Positions 43,000 through 54,789 of a stretch of 64,000 nt of DNA are shown one piece after another. The notes below the pieces were generated by a model. It was not told the DNA's origin, made no database searches, and saw only the letters and a program-made list of their open reading frames with translations. How positions within the stretch are numbered: position 1 is the first letter of the stretch; every line of letters starts with the position of its first letter. The translations under genes were made by a program, and so were the position numbers. Origin of the DNA: Nitrospirota bacterium (lineage in GTDB: Bacteria > Nitrospirota > UBA9217); assembly GCA_963796285.1 (NCBI GenBank), contig CAWCKW010000012.1:992001-1056000 (forward strand), written 5' to 3'.

Positions 43000-44594
43000 T
43001 CACGAGACCTTGAAGTCCATGATGCGGTTGGATTCAGGATGGATCACATGCACCGTGCAGGCAAGGCACGGGTCGAATGAATGCACCACGCGCATGACCT
43101 CCAGCGGCTTCTCCGCATCGGCGACAGCGGTCCCGATAAGCGCTTCTTCAATCGGTCCGCGCACTCCGTTGTCGTCCCGCGGACAGACGTTCCATGTCGT
43201 CGGAACAACACACTGGTAATTCTTGATTTTCTTTACCTTCCACATCGATCCAGTGCCCCAGGGCGCCGCGCGGGCGCTTCCCAGAGCCCGATGCCCTGCG
43301 CTTTATCCGGGATCTTGTAGTCGGTATACACGGCCGTATTGCCCTTTTTAATGTTTTCGATGATGTCGATGCCCCACTGATACATGGAGTCAGCGACCAT
43401 CTTGCATTCCAACGCCCGGGCAGCGATCCTGCCGATGATGCCGAAGAGCACTTCGGGATGTCCGGGATGGCCGATCTTGGCAAGTGTGTCATCAATCAGC
43501 TTCTTGGCCGTAGGCTGGCCGGATGCATAGGCAACGACCATGCGCGCCAGGGCGCCGACCTCCATGGGCTTGCCCTGAAGCCGCGGCGCTTTGGCCCAGG
43601 TATATTTCTTGTTCGAATCGTATTCAGTATATTCCGGCTCCGTCACACCAACAGCCGGGTTGAGCGGCTTCGAGCCCTTATACCAGCTGTGGGCCGTGTG
43701 CTCCATAACATCCTCCGGCTTGGCATCATGGACCTTCGGGAAATCGGAGGCAAAGATCGCGCCACGGGGCAGCAACCGCTTTTTGGGATCAAAAGATGCG
43801 TCCTCGAACACACCCCAGGAGAGGAAATTTGCCGGACCTTTGCCCACGCCTGCGGCGCCAAGGTAGAAGGGCGCGATAGCCAGCAGGTCGGCGATGAATA
43901 CGCTATCGATCCAGTCCTGAAGCTCTTTCACTCTGAAGAGATAATTCTTCAGGTCGTCCACCGTCGGCACATGCGTTACGCCTCCGGGAGGGCTCGTCAT
44001 GGTCATCGGCATCCTGCCGCCGAAGAGCGCGCTCACCTGGGCAGCTTTTGCCTGCATTTCGAGCGCCTCCAGATAGTGAGCCACGGCGATAAGGTTGACG
44101 TCCGGCGGCAGTTTGTATGCTGGATGGCCCCAGTATGCGTTCGCAAAAGGACCAAGCTGGCCGGATTCGACAAACGATTTCAGTTTTGCCTGCACCTTTT
44201 TCAAGGATGCTTCTTTGGGCTGAGCCTTGAGCGCCGAGACAACATCGACATAATCAAGCGCGTTCAGGTGGTAAAACCAGAGGATGTGAGAGTGAACGAA
44301 CTGAGCCCCTTCAATGATATTTCTGATGATGCGGCCGTTGTCAGGAGGTTTGATCTTGAAAGCATCATCCATGCTCATTGACGATGCATGTCCATGCGAG
44401 GTCGGGCAGACACCGCAGATCCTCTGGGTAATGTGCCAGGCGTCCCGCGGATCCCTCCCCTGCAGGATGATCTCAAAACCCCGGAACAGCGTTCCGGTCG
44501 TCCATGCATCCTTGACCTTGCCGCCTTCGATCTCGACATCGATCCTGAGATGTCCTTCGATTCTGGTAAACGGGTCTATGGTTATCCTGGCCAT
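43000..44594 (-). CDS. Group 1 [NiFe]-hydrogenase large subunit (indels near 43250)
   Basis: TRIEGH, L1 QRICGVCPTSH, L2 SFDPCLACTVH plus cleavable tail. Confidence 0.96.
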
Positions 44595-45705
44595 TATTTT
44601 TTACCTCCGTCTTTCTCTTTGGTCCTGCCTGAAGCCCCTGTTGCAACTGGCATGCACCGCAATGCCGGCCACCGTTGCCGCCGCTGCCACCGCGCCGAGT
44701 GTATCAGCGCCGGCCTCGACACCGCCCATACCCGGGAATCTTGACGCCCGGGAGCCGCTCATAGAACCCGGCAAACTTGTCGGTCCAGCCCCGCTCTGCG
44801 CATCCGATGCAGGGTCCGCCTGCCTTGATGCACCAGCTCGTTCTGTCGTTATACTGGATCTTCGGACATGCCGAATAGGTCATAGGACCCTTGCAGCCCA
44901 TCTTGTATAGGCAGTAATTAAGGGCCTCTTCCTGAGACCCGAACTTTTCCACGAATCTGCCGGCATCAAAATGCGCCCTTCGTTCACAATTATCATGAAT
45001 TGTCTGGCCATAGAACATGATGGGCCGACCGAATCTGTCAAGATCGGGAATTTTCCCAAGGAGGAGGAAATTTACGACCACACCTACAAGGTATTGCGGG
45101 TTCACGGGACAGAGATCGAGGTTAACGAGCGGCTTGCTGATGCCGACCCGTTTAAGCGCCTCTGCAGTCCCAATGATCTGGGAAGGATTCGGCTTGGCTG
45201 CCGGCACACCGCCGTCGGTAGCACAACTGCCAATGGCAAGGATCGCGACAGCGGGCGCTGCATTTATCTTGAAGACCTCGAGCATTTCCATGTTGCCGAT
45301 CATGCCATGGCCTTTTTTCGTGGGGATGCCGCCTTCAACGATCAGGATGTAGCCGCCGTCCTTCCGGGACTTGGCCAGTATTTCTTCTGACTGTTTTCCG
45401 GCTGCGGCCATGATCGTCTCGTTGTAATCAACGCTCAGGATATCAAGAATGACTTGGGCAGGGCTTGGGTAGGTTGCTTTGATAAAGGCCTCGGTGCAAC
45501 CTGAATCGGATGCGAAATTAAGCCAGATGACAGGTTGTCTCTTTGATGCTTTTTCCAACGCTGCTGCTATTTTAGGGATGAATGCTTCAGACAGGCCAAG
45601 AAGGGCGGCGGTTGCACCACAGTACTTCAAAAAATCTCTTCGCTTAATACCATGAAACTCAAGCGCATCAAGAAACTGCTTACTCACTTCATCTTTCTTT
45701 CCCAT
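44594..45705 (-). CDS. [NiFe]-hydrogenase small subunit, Tat-exported with C-terminal anchor (indels at 3' end)
   Basis: KRRDFLK Tat motif; HDNCER, CLYKMGCKGP, PCIGC; corrected C-terminal TM (TLGAVAAAATVAGIAVH). Confidence 0.95.
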
Positions 45706-45893
45706 ATTGAATCCTCCTTATATATATCTGGGGTGGAATAGCGAGAAATCCGACGAGCAGTGTTTTGTTAGTTTCTCCTGAAAAAGTACTATTAGGTTTT
45801 TTTATTATGTAATAACTGTATATCGAGCAATTAGTCTTTGTCAAGGCAAAATGATGCTTTTTATATCATCACCGGAATTGCCATAATAAACAT

Positions 45894-46739
45894 TTATTGA
45901 GATGCCTGCACTAATCTCGATGACTGTCCAAATACCCAGGCGATTCCAAATCCTGCCATAAAAGAATGCTTGGTGTTCATCAACGGACTGTCCGCGAATA
46001 TGGCCCCTGTCAGCTCGTCGTAGCGCGCAAATGCGCCGAACCAGACATGGTCAAAACGTTTGCTTATTGCGAGGATCAAAAGTGTACCGCTATACCCGGA
46101 TTTGGCATCATAGGAGGGACGGACGTCGGGAATGGCATACTGCGGGGTGACCTGGTAGTAATAATCATGGTATTGTTCTGTGGCGAAGATCGGTCCCAGC
46201 GCAAAACCAAACGCCCACCCTCGACCCGAACCAATGTTCTTGAAATCAACATTGAGCTGTGGATTAACGACAAAACCGATGCCCGATACCCGAGAAAGGT
46301 CCGTGGCCGTGGCCATCACGGCGCGGACTGGAAAACGGATCTGCACCGCCTGATCCGCTTCACAATCACGAACCAGACAAACATCCAATGACGGTCCTAT
46401 CTGGAGCGTTGGGTCGAGATTCGGCATATTTATGCGCGAGGAGTTCCTGCCGCTCCGTACCGGTACCCCGCCATCGGCGCTGATATTCAATTCCAGTCGA
46501 TCCGACTGGAACAGCAGGCCGCGCATCCCCTTTCTGTCCAGTTTCAGGATGTCTCCGCGGTACACGATGTATGGCAAAGGGAATAGATAATCCCGCTGCT
46601 CGTTCGAACCCCGGTAATCCGGTATGCTCAAACCCGTAAATCCCAATCCAGCTTCCCAGAGCGGCAACTCCTCCGCGCCGCAAAGAGAAACCAGGAACGC
46701 GCACAGAAAACCGGATACGAAAATAATGGATTGCTTCAT
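45894..46739 (-). CDS. MipA/OmpV family outer-membrane protein
   Basis: Signal peptide, PDYRGS, PLPYIVYRG, DYYYQV, DSPL. Confidence 0.85.
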   Translation of the reverse strand: MKQSIIFVSGFLCAFLVSLCGAEELPLWEAGLGFTGLSIPDYRGSNEQRDYLFPLPYIVYRGDILKLDRKGMRGLLFQSDRLELNISADGGVPVRSGRNSSRINMPNLDPTLQIGPSLDVCLVRDCEADQAVQIRFPVRAVMATATDLSRVSGIGFVVNPQLNVDFKNIGSGRGWAFGFALGPIFATEQYHDYYYQVTPQYAIPDVRPSYDAKSGYSGTLLILAISKRFDHVWFGAFARYDELTGAIFADSPLMNTKHSFMAGFGIAWVFGQSSRLVQASQ

Positions 46740-46743
46740 GAAG

Positions 46744-47070
46744 CTATTTAAAGGTTTTGAGGATATACGTCGCTATTTCTCCAGCATCCTTGTCCGAGAG
46801 GGTCTTTGCATCGAACGTAGTCATACCCGGGCCCGGTTTTCTCACGATCTTTACGATATCGCCTTCGTTCTTAATGTTGTTTGCCATGAGGTCTTTTTTA
46901 TGCAGGGTCTTCTTTGCATTGATGATATTGCTTCCATCCGGGTGACACAGAGCACAGTGCTCTTTAAATTTCGCTTCGCCGAGGTCTGTCGGTGCCGGTT
47001 TTTCCGCAAACGCGGCGGTGCCGACACCCAAAATAGATAGTACGGCTATGGTGATTATTTTTCTCTTCAT
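46744..47070 (-). CDS. Class I monoheme cytochrome c (c6-like)
   Basis: Signal peptide, CALCHPDGSNII..KKTL, distal Met in PGPGMTTF. Confidence 0.9.
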   Translation of the reverse strand: MKRKIITIAVLSILGVGTAAFAEKPAPTDLGEAKFKEHCALCHPDGSNIINAKKTLHKKDLMANNIKNEGDIVKIVRKPGPGMTTFDAKTLSDKDAGEIATYILKTFK

Positions 47071-47298
47071 GGTATTTCTCCTTTTCGTTGTTTGAACTAG
47101 ACCCATTGCAATGTTACTATTATATCTAAAATTACTTCTATTGCAAGAAAGTAAACCGATACTTATACAGCAATCAATTTCTAAGCAATATGAATACATA
47201 TAGTGTTACGTCTTCAACACGATAAGATACTGAATAGCATGTCATCCTGTTTTTATCCTGCAATCTTGTTAAATCTGTTTTTGTATTGCCAATCCTGA

Positions 47299-48165
47299 TC
47301 AGGAATCTGTGTGTACGGTGAGACGCGAGTGGATCACCAGATATCCGGAGAAGAGAATAAGAATGCCGCCGATCAAGGCGACGGATGAAGGAGTTTCTGA
47401 CAGGAACAGATAGGCGAGCGGAATAGCGGCGAGCGGCTCCATGTAACCGAGGATCGCGGCATGCTGAGCCATGACTTTTCTCAGCGCGCTGTAGTAGAGC
47501 AGCGGCGCAAGAGTGGAATGGAATACGCCGGTGATCAGTAGAAGACCCGCCGCGCGATAGTCAACATGATAGTGCAGAAACAAAGCCCACGGCGCCGTCA
47601 CTATCGTCGTGGTCCAGGGCAAAATGACTACCGCCTTGTGATGAAGCCGCATCCGGCTCAGTTTTCGTGAAAAGATTATGATAAACGCATAGGCGATCCC
47701 GGAAATCATCCCGGCAATGATCCCGGACGTATCACCCGTGCTGGTCCGGAGGCCGCCACCGGCCATTACGATCATGACCATGCCGAGCGCTGCAATGGGA
47801 AGGGAAACAAGGGTCACTTTCATAAGCCGTTCTGCGATTATGAGCGGAGCAAGAACGGCAACGAACAGCGGAGCAGTGTAGTGGGTAAAAACGGCGTTCG
47901 AAACCGTGGTGTGCGCCAATGAATAAAAATATGAGACATTGTTCGTGACCGATGATGCCACGAGTAACCCGAAAATCCACCACGCCTCCCGGACCCCCGA
48001 AAGGGCGAACTCCCCCCTTATTTTCAGAACCACCGGAACCGTAAAGCTCGCGACCAGGGATGTATAAAAAAGAACAACGACGGCGGGAAGGGCAAGCCAG
48101 CGGATCAGGAGACCCCAGGTGCTCCAAATCAGCATGGCAGCGATAATTTTTATGTAGTTGTTCAT
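47299..48165 (-). CDS. DMT/EamA family transporter
   Basis: About 10 TM; YTAPLFVA...E and GYMEPLAA repeats. Confidence 0.9.
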   Translation of the reverse strand: MNNYIKIIAAMLIWSTWGLLIRWLALPAVVVLFYTSLVASFTVPVVLKIRGEFALSGVREAWWIFGLLVASSVTNNVSYFYSLAHTTVSNAVFTHYTAPLFVAVLAPLIIAERLMKVTLVSLPIAALGMVMIVMAGGGLRTSTGDTSGIIAGMISGIAYAFIIIFSRKLSRMRLHHKAVVILPWTTTIVTAPWALFLHYHVDYRAAGLLLITGVFHSTLAPLLYYSALRKVMAQHAAILGYMEPLAAIPLAYLFLSETPSSVALIGGILILFSGYLVIHSRLTVHTDS

Positions 48166-48184
48166 GGTGTGAAAATAAAGAAGC

Positions 48185-48264
48185 CAGAGGTCAGAAGACA
48201 GAATCCAGAATATAATAACTCTGACCTCTGCGTCCTTACCCCTGGCTCCCGATTCCTGACCCTG
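48185..48264. repeat. Inverted heptamer-repeat element
   Basis: CAGAGGT CAGAAGA CAGAATC CAGAATA; inverted TCTGACCTCTG. Confidence 0.7.
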
Positions 48265-48341
48265 TCGATTGTTACCTGCCTATGTACCCATTTCCCTAGA
48301 TACAAGGTACTGTTTCTGCTCCGGGTGAGCTTGTCGATACG

Positions 48342-49738
<1,397 letters not shown>

Positions 49739-49760
49739 AAAGCTCTCCATTCAGGTTAAT

Positions 49761-49848
49761 GAATGGGCGCCGTTGCTGCATGTTGAAGCACCCCATCGAG
49801 CCTGACAGACCCACCTTGCGGTGACTGCTGCAGCGCCCCTCGACGGGG
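49761..49848 (-). ncRNA. SAH riboswitch
   Basis: Minus strand CCCCGTCGAGGGGCGCTGCAGCAG...CTGTCAGGCTCGATGGGG...CAACGGCGCCC matches the SAH riboswitch consensus and pseudoknot; directly 5' of ahcY. Confidence 0.9.
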
Positions 49849-49864
49849 TGGGTTGATGTTTGAA

Positions 49865-49894
49865 TTACAGTCCTGCGTCTGCGCGCAATGCGGC
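49865..49894 (-). pseudogene. Remnant 3' end of a foreign metK
   Basis: GCC GCA TTG CGC GCA GAC GCA GGA CTG TAA = AALRADAGL*, aligning with the resident MetK end [10 protein letters not shown]. Confidence 0.6.
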
Positions 49895-50029
49895 CAGATG
49901 ACGCTGTTCTTGACGATCCGCCCGTGAATGCATTCCCACGATCGAATTCACCACAGCGCTGCGCACCGTTCATCCACTCATGCCTAGCACGTACTTCTTC
50001 ATTAACGGAGTCCAACGCTATCACGCGAA

Positions 50030-51187
50030 TTACACTCCCGCTTCCTTCTTGAGCTTTGCGGCCTTGTCCGTCTTTTCCCAGGTGAACTCAGGCTCGGTCC
50101 TGCCGAAGTGGCCATACGCCGCGGTCTTCTTGTATATAGGCCGCCTGAGGTTCAGCGTTTTCACGATGCCTTTAGGCGTCATGTCAAAGTTCTTTCTGAT
50201 GATCTTGACAAGTTTGTCATGATGGATCTTGCCGGTACCGAAATCGTCCACGTGGATGGAGACCGGCTCGGGTACGCCGATGGCATAGGCCAGCTGCACT
50301 TCCACCTCGGTGCAGAGACCGGCTGCCACGATGTTCTTCGCAACATAGCGGGCCATGTACGATGCGGAGCGGTCGACCTTCGTCGGGTCCTTGCCCGAGA
50401 AGCAGCCGCCGCCGTGGCTGCCGACGCCGCCGTAGGTGTCCACAATGATCTTGCGGCCGGTGAGGCCCGTGTCTCCCATGGGACCGCCGGTCACGAACCT
50501 GCCGGTGGGATTGATGTGATAGATAATGGTTTTTTCATCGAGCAGTTTCTTCGGGATCACCGGAAGGATCACCTTCTCGATGATCTCCTTGCGCAGTTGC
50601 TTGAGTCCGACATCAGGACTGTGCTGGGACGAAACCACGATGGTGTGGAGTCTGTAGGGTTTGCCATTCCTGTATTCGATGGTCACCTGGGACTTGCCGT
50701 CCGGCCTCAGATAAGGAAGGATCTCCTTCTTTCGCACTTCCGACAGGCGGCGGGTGAGCTTGTGCGCGAGCATGATGGTCATGGGCATCAGTTCCGGCGT
50801 CTCGTCGCATGCATAGCCGAACATGAGGCCCTGATCACCTGCCCCTCCGGTGTCCACGCCCATGGCGATATCAGGAGACTGCGAGTGGACCGAAGTGATG
50901 ACCGCGCAGGTCTCGGAATCGAACCCGTACTTTGCCCGGGTGTACCCGATGTCCTTAATGGTCTTCCGAACGATATCCGGGATCTCCACGTATCCCTTCG
51001 TCGTGATCTCGCCCGCAACCATTGCGAGACCCGTGGTCAGGAGCGTCTCGCAGGCCACACGGCTCATGGGGTCCTGTGCCAGCAGCGCGTCAAGGACCGC
51101 GTCCGAAATCTGGTCGGCTATTTTGTCCGGATGACCCTCGGTTACCGATTCCGAGGTAAAGAGATAATTCTTATTAATGCTGCTCAT
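50030..51187 (-). CDS. metK: S-adenosylmethionine synthetase
   Basis: [28 protein letters not shown]. Confidence 0.98.
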   Translation of the reverse strand: MSSINKNYLFTSESVTEGHPDKIADQISDAVLDALLAQDPMSRVACETLLTTGLAMVAGEITTKGYVEIPDIVRKTIKDIGYTRAKYGFDSETCAVITSVHSQSPDIAMGVDTGGAGDQGLMFGYACDETPELMPMTIMLAHKLTRRLSEVRKKEILPYLRPDGKSQVTIEYRNGKPYRLHTIVVSSQHSPDVGLKQLRKEIIEKVILPVIPKKLLDEKTIIYHINPTGRFVTGGPMGDTGLTGRKIIVDTYGGVGSHGGGCFSGKDPTKVDRSASYMARYVAKNIVAAGLCTEVEVQLAYAIGVPEPVSIHVDDFGTGKIHHDKLVKIIRKNFDMTPKGIVKTLNLRRPIYKKTAAYGHFGRTEPEFTWEKTDKAAKLKKEAGV

Positions 51188-51227
51188 CTGATCTCCTCCT
51201 GGCCTGTACGGCCATAAAAATTTCGCT

Positions 51228-51255
51228 TTTATATCACAGCTGCAATTTTTGTCAA
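51228..51255 (-). promoter_or_regulatory. Sigma-70 promoter of metK
   Basis: TTGACA-16 nt-TATAAA with TG extension. Confidence 0.55.
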
Positions 51256-51268
51256 GGGAATATTTTTC

Positions 51269-52312
51269 TTATATCAAGAACATCATCGCCGCGGCCCCAA
51301 GGACGGCAAATGAGGTAGTACAATACATTAAGCGGACTGACTTTTCAATATGTTTTTTGTCAATCCGGTTTATCGCCTCACCGATGAAGGGTTTGAGACT
51401 CGGTATCCCCGCGTAGGTTCCTGGCCCGCCAAGGCGTATGCCCAGCGCGCCCGCCATAGCAGCCTCAGGGTACCCACTGTTCGGGCTTGGGTGTTTGTTA
51501 CGGTCGCGGAGCATGATGTGCCAGGGGCTAGCAAGTGCGGAGCTCGGGGTTCGGAGTTCAGAGACCGCCTCTCCCCTGGAGGGAGAGAGTTGAGGTGCGG
51601 GGGAAACGATGGTATTCAGTCCGCGCAATATTTCCGTTGCCAGGCATATCAGCACTGCAGTTATCCGCGCCGGGATAAAATTCGCAATATCATCCACCCT
51701 TGCCGCTGCCCAGCCGAAGTTGATGTATCTTTCATTCCGATATCCGACCATAGAGTCAAGGGTATTCACTGCTTTGTATGCAAGGGCAAGCACCGGTCCT
51801 CCTATGGCCAGATAGAAGAGCGGAGCTATCACGCCGTCGGACGTGTTCTCCGCAACGGTCTCGACCACAGCCCTGGCGATGTCCTGATCATCAAGGTCCA
51901 TCGTGTCCCTGCCTACGATCATCGAGAGCTCGGTCCTTGCCTGTGCAATCTCCCCGGCATCGAGATGCCTCATCACCGCCTTTGCGGCATTTCCCAGATC
52001 TCTCGCCGCAAATGTTGTATAAGTAAGAAAAACGGAAAGGGCGAAACCGAAAGAAAGCGAAAACCGGAAGAACGAGCGGATCAGGAATTGTGACAGGAAA
52101 GAGACCAGCGAAACAATGAGAACGACAAGAAGAACACCTGCGGCTTTTTCGGCTAACGGGGTTTTCGCGAAACGCCTGAGGACCTTTTCTGTCCTCTGGA
52201 TCGTCCATCCAATACCACGGACAGGATGCGGGAGCCAGCGGGGATCGCCGAGGATGAGATCAACGGCAAAAGCAAAAAGGAGAATGGTCCCGTTCAAGGC
52301 GAAATGCTGCAC
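51269..52312 (-). CDS. cbiB: Adenosylcobinamide-phosphate synthase CbiB (with repeat-derived insert)
   Basis: GDPRWLPHPV, IVGRDT, ETVAENTSDG, NTLDSMVGY, HPSPNSG. Confidence 0.95.
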   Translation of the reverse strand: MQHFALNGTILLFAFAVDLILGDPRWLPHPVRGIGWTIQRTEKVLRRFAKTPLAEKAAGVLLVVLIVSLVSFLSQFLIRSFFRFSLSFGFALSVFLTYTTFAARDLGNAAKAVMRHLDAGEIAQARTELSMIVGRDTMDLDDQDIARAVVETVAENTSDGVIAPLFYLAIGGPVLALAYKAVNTLDSMVGYRNERYINFGWAAARVDDIANFIPARITAVLICLATEILRGLNTIVSPAPQLSPSRGEAVSELRTPSSALASPWHIMLRDRNKHPSPNSGYPEAAMAGALGIRLGGPGTYAGIPSLKPFIGEAINRIDKKHIEKSVRLMYCTTSFAVLGAAAMMFLI

Positions 52313-52327
52313 CTCTTTGATCTCCGC

Positions 52328-53503
52328 CTACCGTATTCCTTCGTTAATTTCTTTGTTCAATTGTAAGCGATCAAAAGGGACGACCTGCGCGACAAAGCTA
52401 GCGATACCCGGCAGGGGCTGTAAATAACGCACCTCGAAGTTGACTCTTCCCTTCGGCGGGATGACAAGGCCTTTCCCCTGAAGAATCTTCGCTTTTAATT
52501 CCTGCACATTCGCGCCTCGCTTGGCCAGGATATCGTAATCACGTTGGCTGAAGATCTGGTTGCCGTTCAAGAGCCTGATTTTGGAAAGGACAGCGCCCTG
52601 GGCATCATATACCTCTAGAACCACATACCAGTCGGCCCGTTCCGTGTCGGCGGCGTTTTCAATGATACCGGTAACAAGCAAATCTCCATTTGCATTCACA
52701 GTACCTGCGGGGTTTACGATCTGCAGTCCTTCGATCGAGGTGATCTCATGGGTTGGCTCTTGCACTTTTTTTTGCGGAGATGGCGGAGAGGATTGAAGAT
52801 AGACAAGAACACCATACCCTGCAAGACCGAGGATGATAAGCGTTCCGAACAGGACAAAAATCATTCTTCCTGAACGGGAAGGTGTCGAAGGAGAGACAGA
52901 TTCCTTCACTGTTCGTTCCGCCGCAGGCGAAACCGTCGGAGCTGCGGGACGTGGAGTTTCCTTTTTAGGCTTTGACGATTGGGCTGGCTGTGTTGGGGAA
53001 GTCGCAGCTTGTGACTCCTCTGTCATCAATAGTTTTGGCTCCGGCTGCGGTTCTGGCTGCGGTTCAACGGGAGGTTCAGCTTTTGGGATAAACAACGTGA
53101 GGGGCTTCGGCTGAGGCACAACAGCCGGTTCAGACCCTGAAACCGCTGCAACCTCAGATCGAACTGGTTCGACAAAAATCGGGGCCTCTTCTTCCCGCGC
53201 ATCCCCACGAGTGGATGATGCGGCAGTCTCAAAGGTCATTGCATCCCAGGCCGGAGGAGGAGTCTCTTTGGAAACAGGTCCCTCTGTTTCCGGCGACAAA
53301 GGCGCTGTGGGGGGGCTGGGCTTTGGTTCGAACAGGTCGAGAACGGAAACAGTGCTCCGCGACAGAGTGTAATTCTGCAAGTCCTCTTGAGTAATCCTGA
53401 CGTATTCACCGCAGCGCGTGCACGGAAACTTGATCCCTCTTCCGGTGATTTTGTCATCCGAGACACGGAATAGTTTATTGCATGCTCCACACCGAACTTC
53501 CAT
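52328..53503 (-). CDS. Zinc-ribbon (MJ0042-type) membrane protein with Pro-rich linker
   Basis: CGAC...CTRC, low-complexity linker, single TM, C-terminal beta domain. Confidence 0.8.
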   Translation of the reverse strand: MEVRCGACNKLFRVSDDKITGRGIKFPCTRCGEYVRITQEDLQNYTLSRSTVSVLDLFEPKPSPPTAPLSPETEGPVSKETPPPAWDAMTFETAASSTRGDAREEEAPIFVEPVRSEVAAVSGSEPAVVPQPKPLTLFIPKAEPPVEPQPEPQPEPKLLMTEESQAATSPTQPAQSSKPKKETPRPAAPTVSPAAERTVKESVSPSTPSRSGRMIFVLFGTLIILGLAGYGVLVYLQSSPPSPQKKVQEPTHEITSIEGLQIVNPAGTVNANGDLLVTGIIENAADTERADWYVVLEVYDAQGAVLSKIRLLNGNQIFSQRDYDILAKRGANVQELKAKILQGKGLVIPPKGRVNFEVRYLQPLPGIASFVAQVVPFDRLQLNKEINEGIR

Positions 53504-53693
53504 GCTGCGCATCCTCCTGATAATAGGACAAATCGCAATTTCTAATATCACTATCCGAAACAAGACCGAATAACTGCATTCAAAACCTGTTGAGTTTAAA
53601 TTTGAATTTATTCAGCATAACGTGCGCGAGAATCCTTAATTGCCCTATTGTAGTATATTTTTAATAAATAATCTACACTTCCGTATGATTTTT

Positions 53694-53885
53694 TTATTCC
53701 CTGTCTATGTCGTCTTTGTCGGGCATGTCTTGCTTTTCACCGGCAATACGATACTCTTCCGAGGCCCATTTCCCCAGGTCCATCAGTCGGCATCGCTCGG
53801 AGCAGAACGGCCTGAACGGATTCCCGTCCCAGGTTGTACCTTTTTTACACATCGGACAAATATGTTTTTGCGTTTTGTTTTTCAT
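53694..53885 (-). CDS. yacG: DNA gyrase inhibitor YacG
   Basis: CPMC...[22 protein letters not shown]. Confidence 0.93.
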   Translation of the reverse strand: MKNKTQKHICPMCKKGTTWDGNPFRPFCSERCRLMDLGKWASEEYRIAGEKQDMPDKDDIDRE

Positions 53886-53927
53886 CTTTCATCCCGGAGT
53901 CTGATTGTCTGTCTCCCGTCACCTCAC

Positions 53928-54554
53928 TTATTTCAGCACATACCTCATCGGCATTTCCACCCATCCATTTACGTACGGCATGGGCGCAGCACGATACACT
54001 GCGCTGATAGATGCGCTGTCCAGAATTTCGTAGCCAGAACTTTTCACCAATTCAACCGCGTCTACGCCGCCGGAAGGATTGAGCATGAACCGAAGGCGCA
54101 CCACACCCTCCATGCCCCGCTCCCTCGCCAGACGCGGGTAGTGTTTTACCCTCTCGATCGCCTCCACGAGCCCCAGATACTCTGTCGAGACGAGCCCCGA
54201 TTGCGAGCCGCCTGTTCGTCCGGCATCCGGACCGGATAGTGAATGATCGGCATCAGCATCTTCTCCGGCTCCGCTTGGCTGCTGTGCGTATTGTTGTTCG
54301 CTCTTCGTCTCAGATATCAGCGCAGGCTGGTGCTGTTCCACTGCAATATTTTCATGGATGGTCAAATTACGCTTTTTTTTCTGATCGGCCCTCTTGATCT
54401 TTACTGAACTTCCTGGTGCGAGAAGGGTAACTTGAACATTATCAAGACGCGGCATGAACACCTCTCCGGCATATCTGGCAAGCGCAAGAGCGCATCCAAA
54501 GAAGAGGATGTGGCAAAAAATGGAGACCGACAGTGAGCTGCGTATCGTCATCAT
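53928..54554 (-). CDS. tonB: TonB family energy transducer
   Basis: N-terminal TM with S..CH, YPRLARERGMEG, SSGYEILD. Confidence 0.88.
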   Translation of the reverse strand: MMTIRSSLSVSIFCHILFFGCALALARYAGEVFMPRLDNVQVTLLAPGSSVKIKRADQKKKRNLTIHENIAVEQHQPALISETKSEQQYAQQPSGAGEDADADHSLSGPDAGRTGGSQSGLVSTEYLGLVEAIERVKHYPRLARERGMEGVVRLRFMLNPSGGVDAVELVKSSGYEILDSASISAVYRAAPMPYVNGWVEMPMRYVLK

Positions 54555-54615
54555 AATGGAACCGAACGTTCTGAGACTTGGTATTTATTAGAAATCAGAA
54601 AACAGGAAAAAACAT

Positions 54616-54693
54616 ACCACGGAGGCACGTGTACGCGGAGCATGCTTTTTAATAATCAAGAGGGTTCCCTCGTGCCCGCCGTGACTCCGTGGT
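54616..54693. repeat. Inverted 9-mer-type palindromic element
   Basis: ACCACGGAGGCACG ... CGTGACTCCGTGGT (13/14 complementary). Confidence 0.7.
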
Positions 54694-54789
54694 CTAAGTC
54701 GTTTTTTTATGAGATCAGCAAAACCAACAAACGCATATTACCTTTCGGAGGTCCTGCATTCCCGCTATCAAATCGTCCACGTATTGTCT

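Noticed and set aside
43040-43080. Selenocysteine-containing [NiFeSe] hydrogenase
   Set aside because: The L2 motif reads DPCLAC with a TGC codon, not TGA
53030-53120. PQPEPQPEP repeat as a DNA repeat element
   Set aside because: Codon-phase low-complexity Pro-rich linker, typical of this protein type
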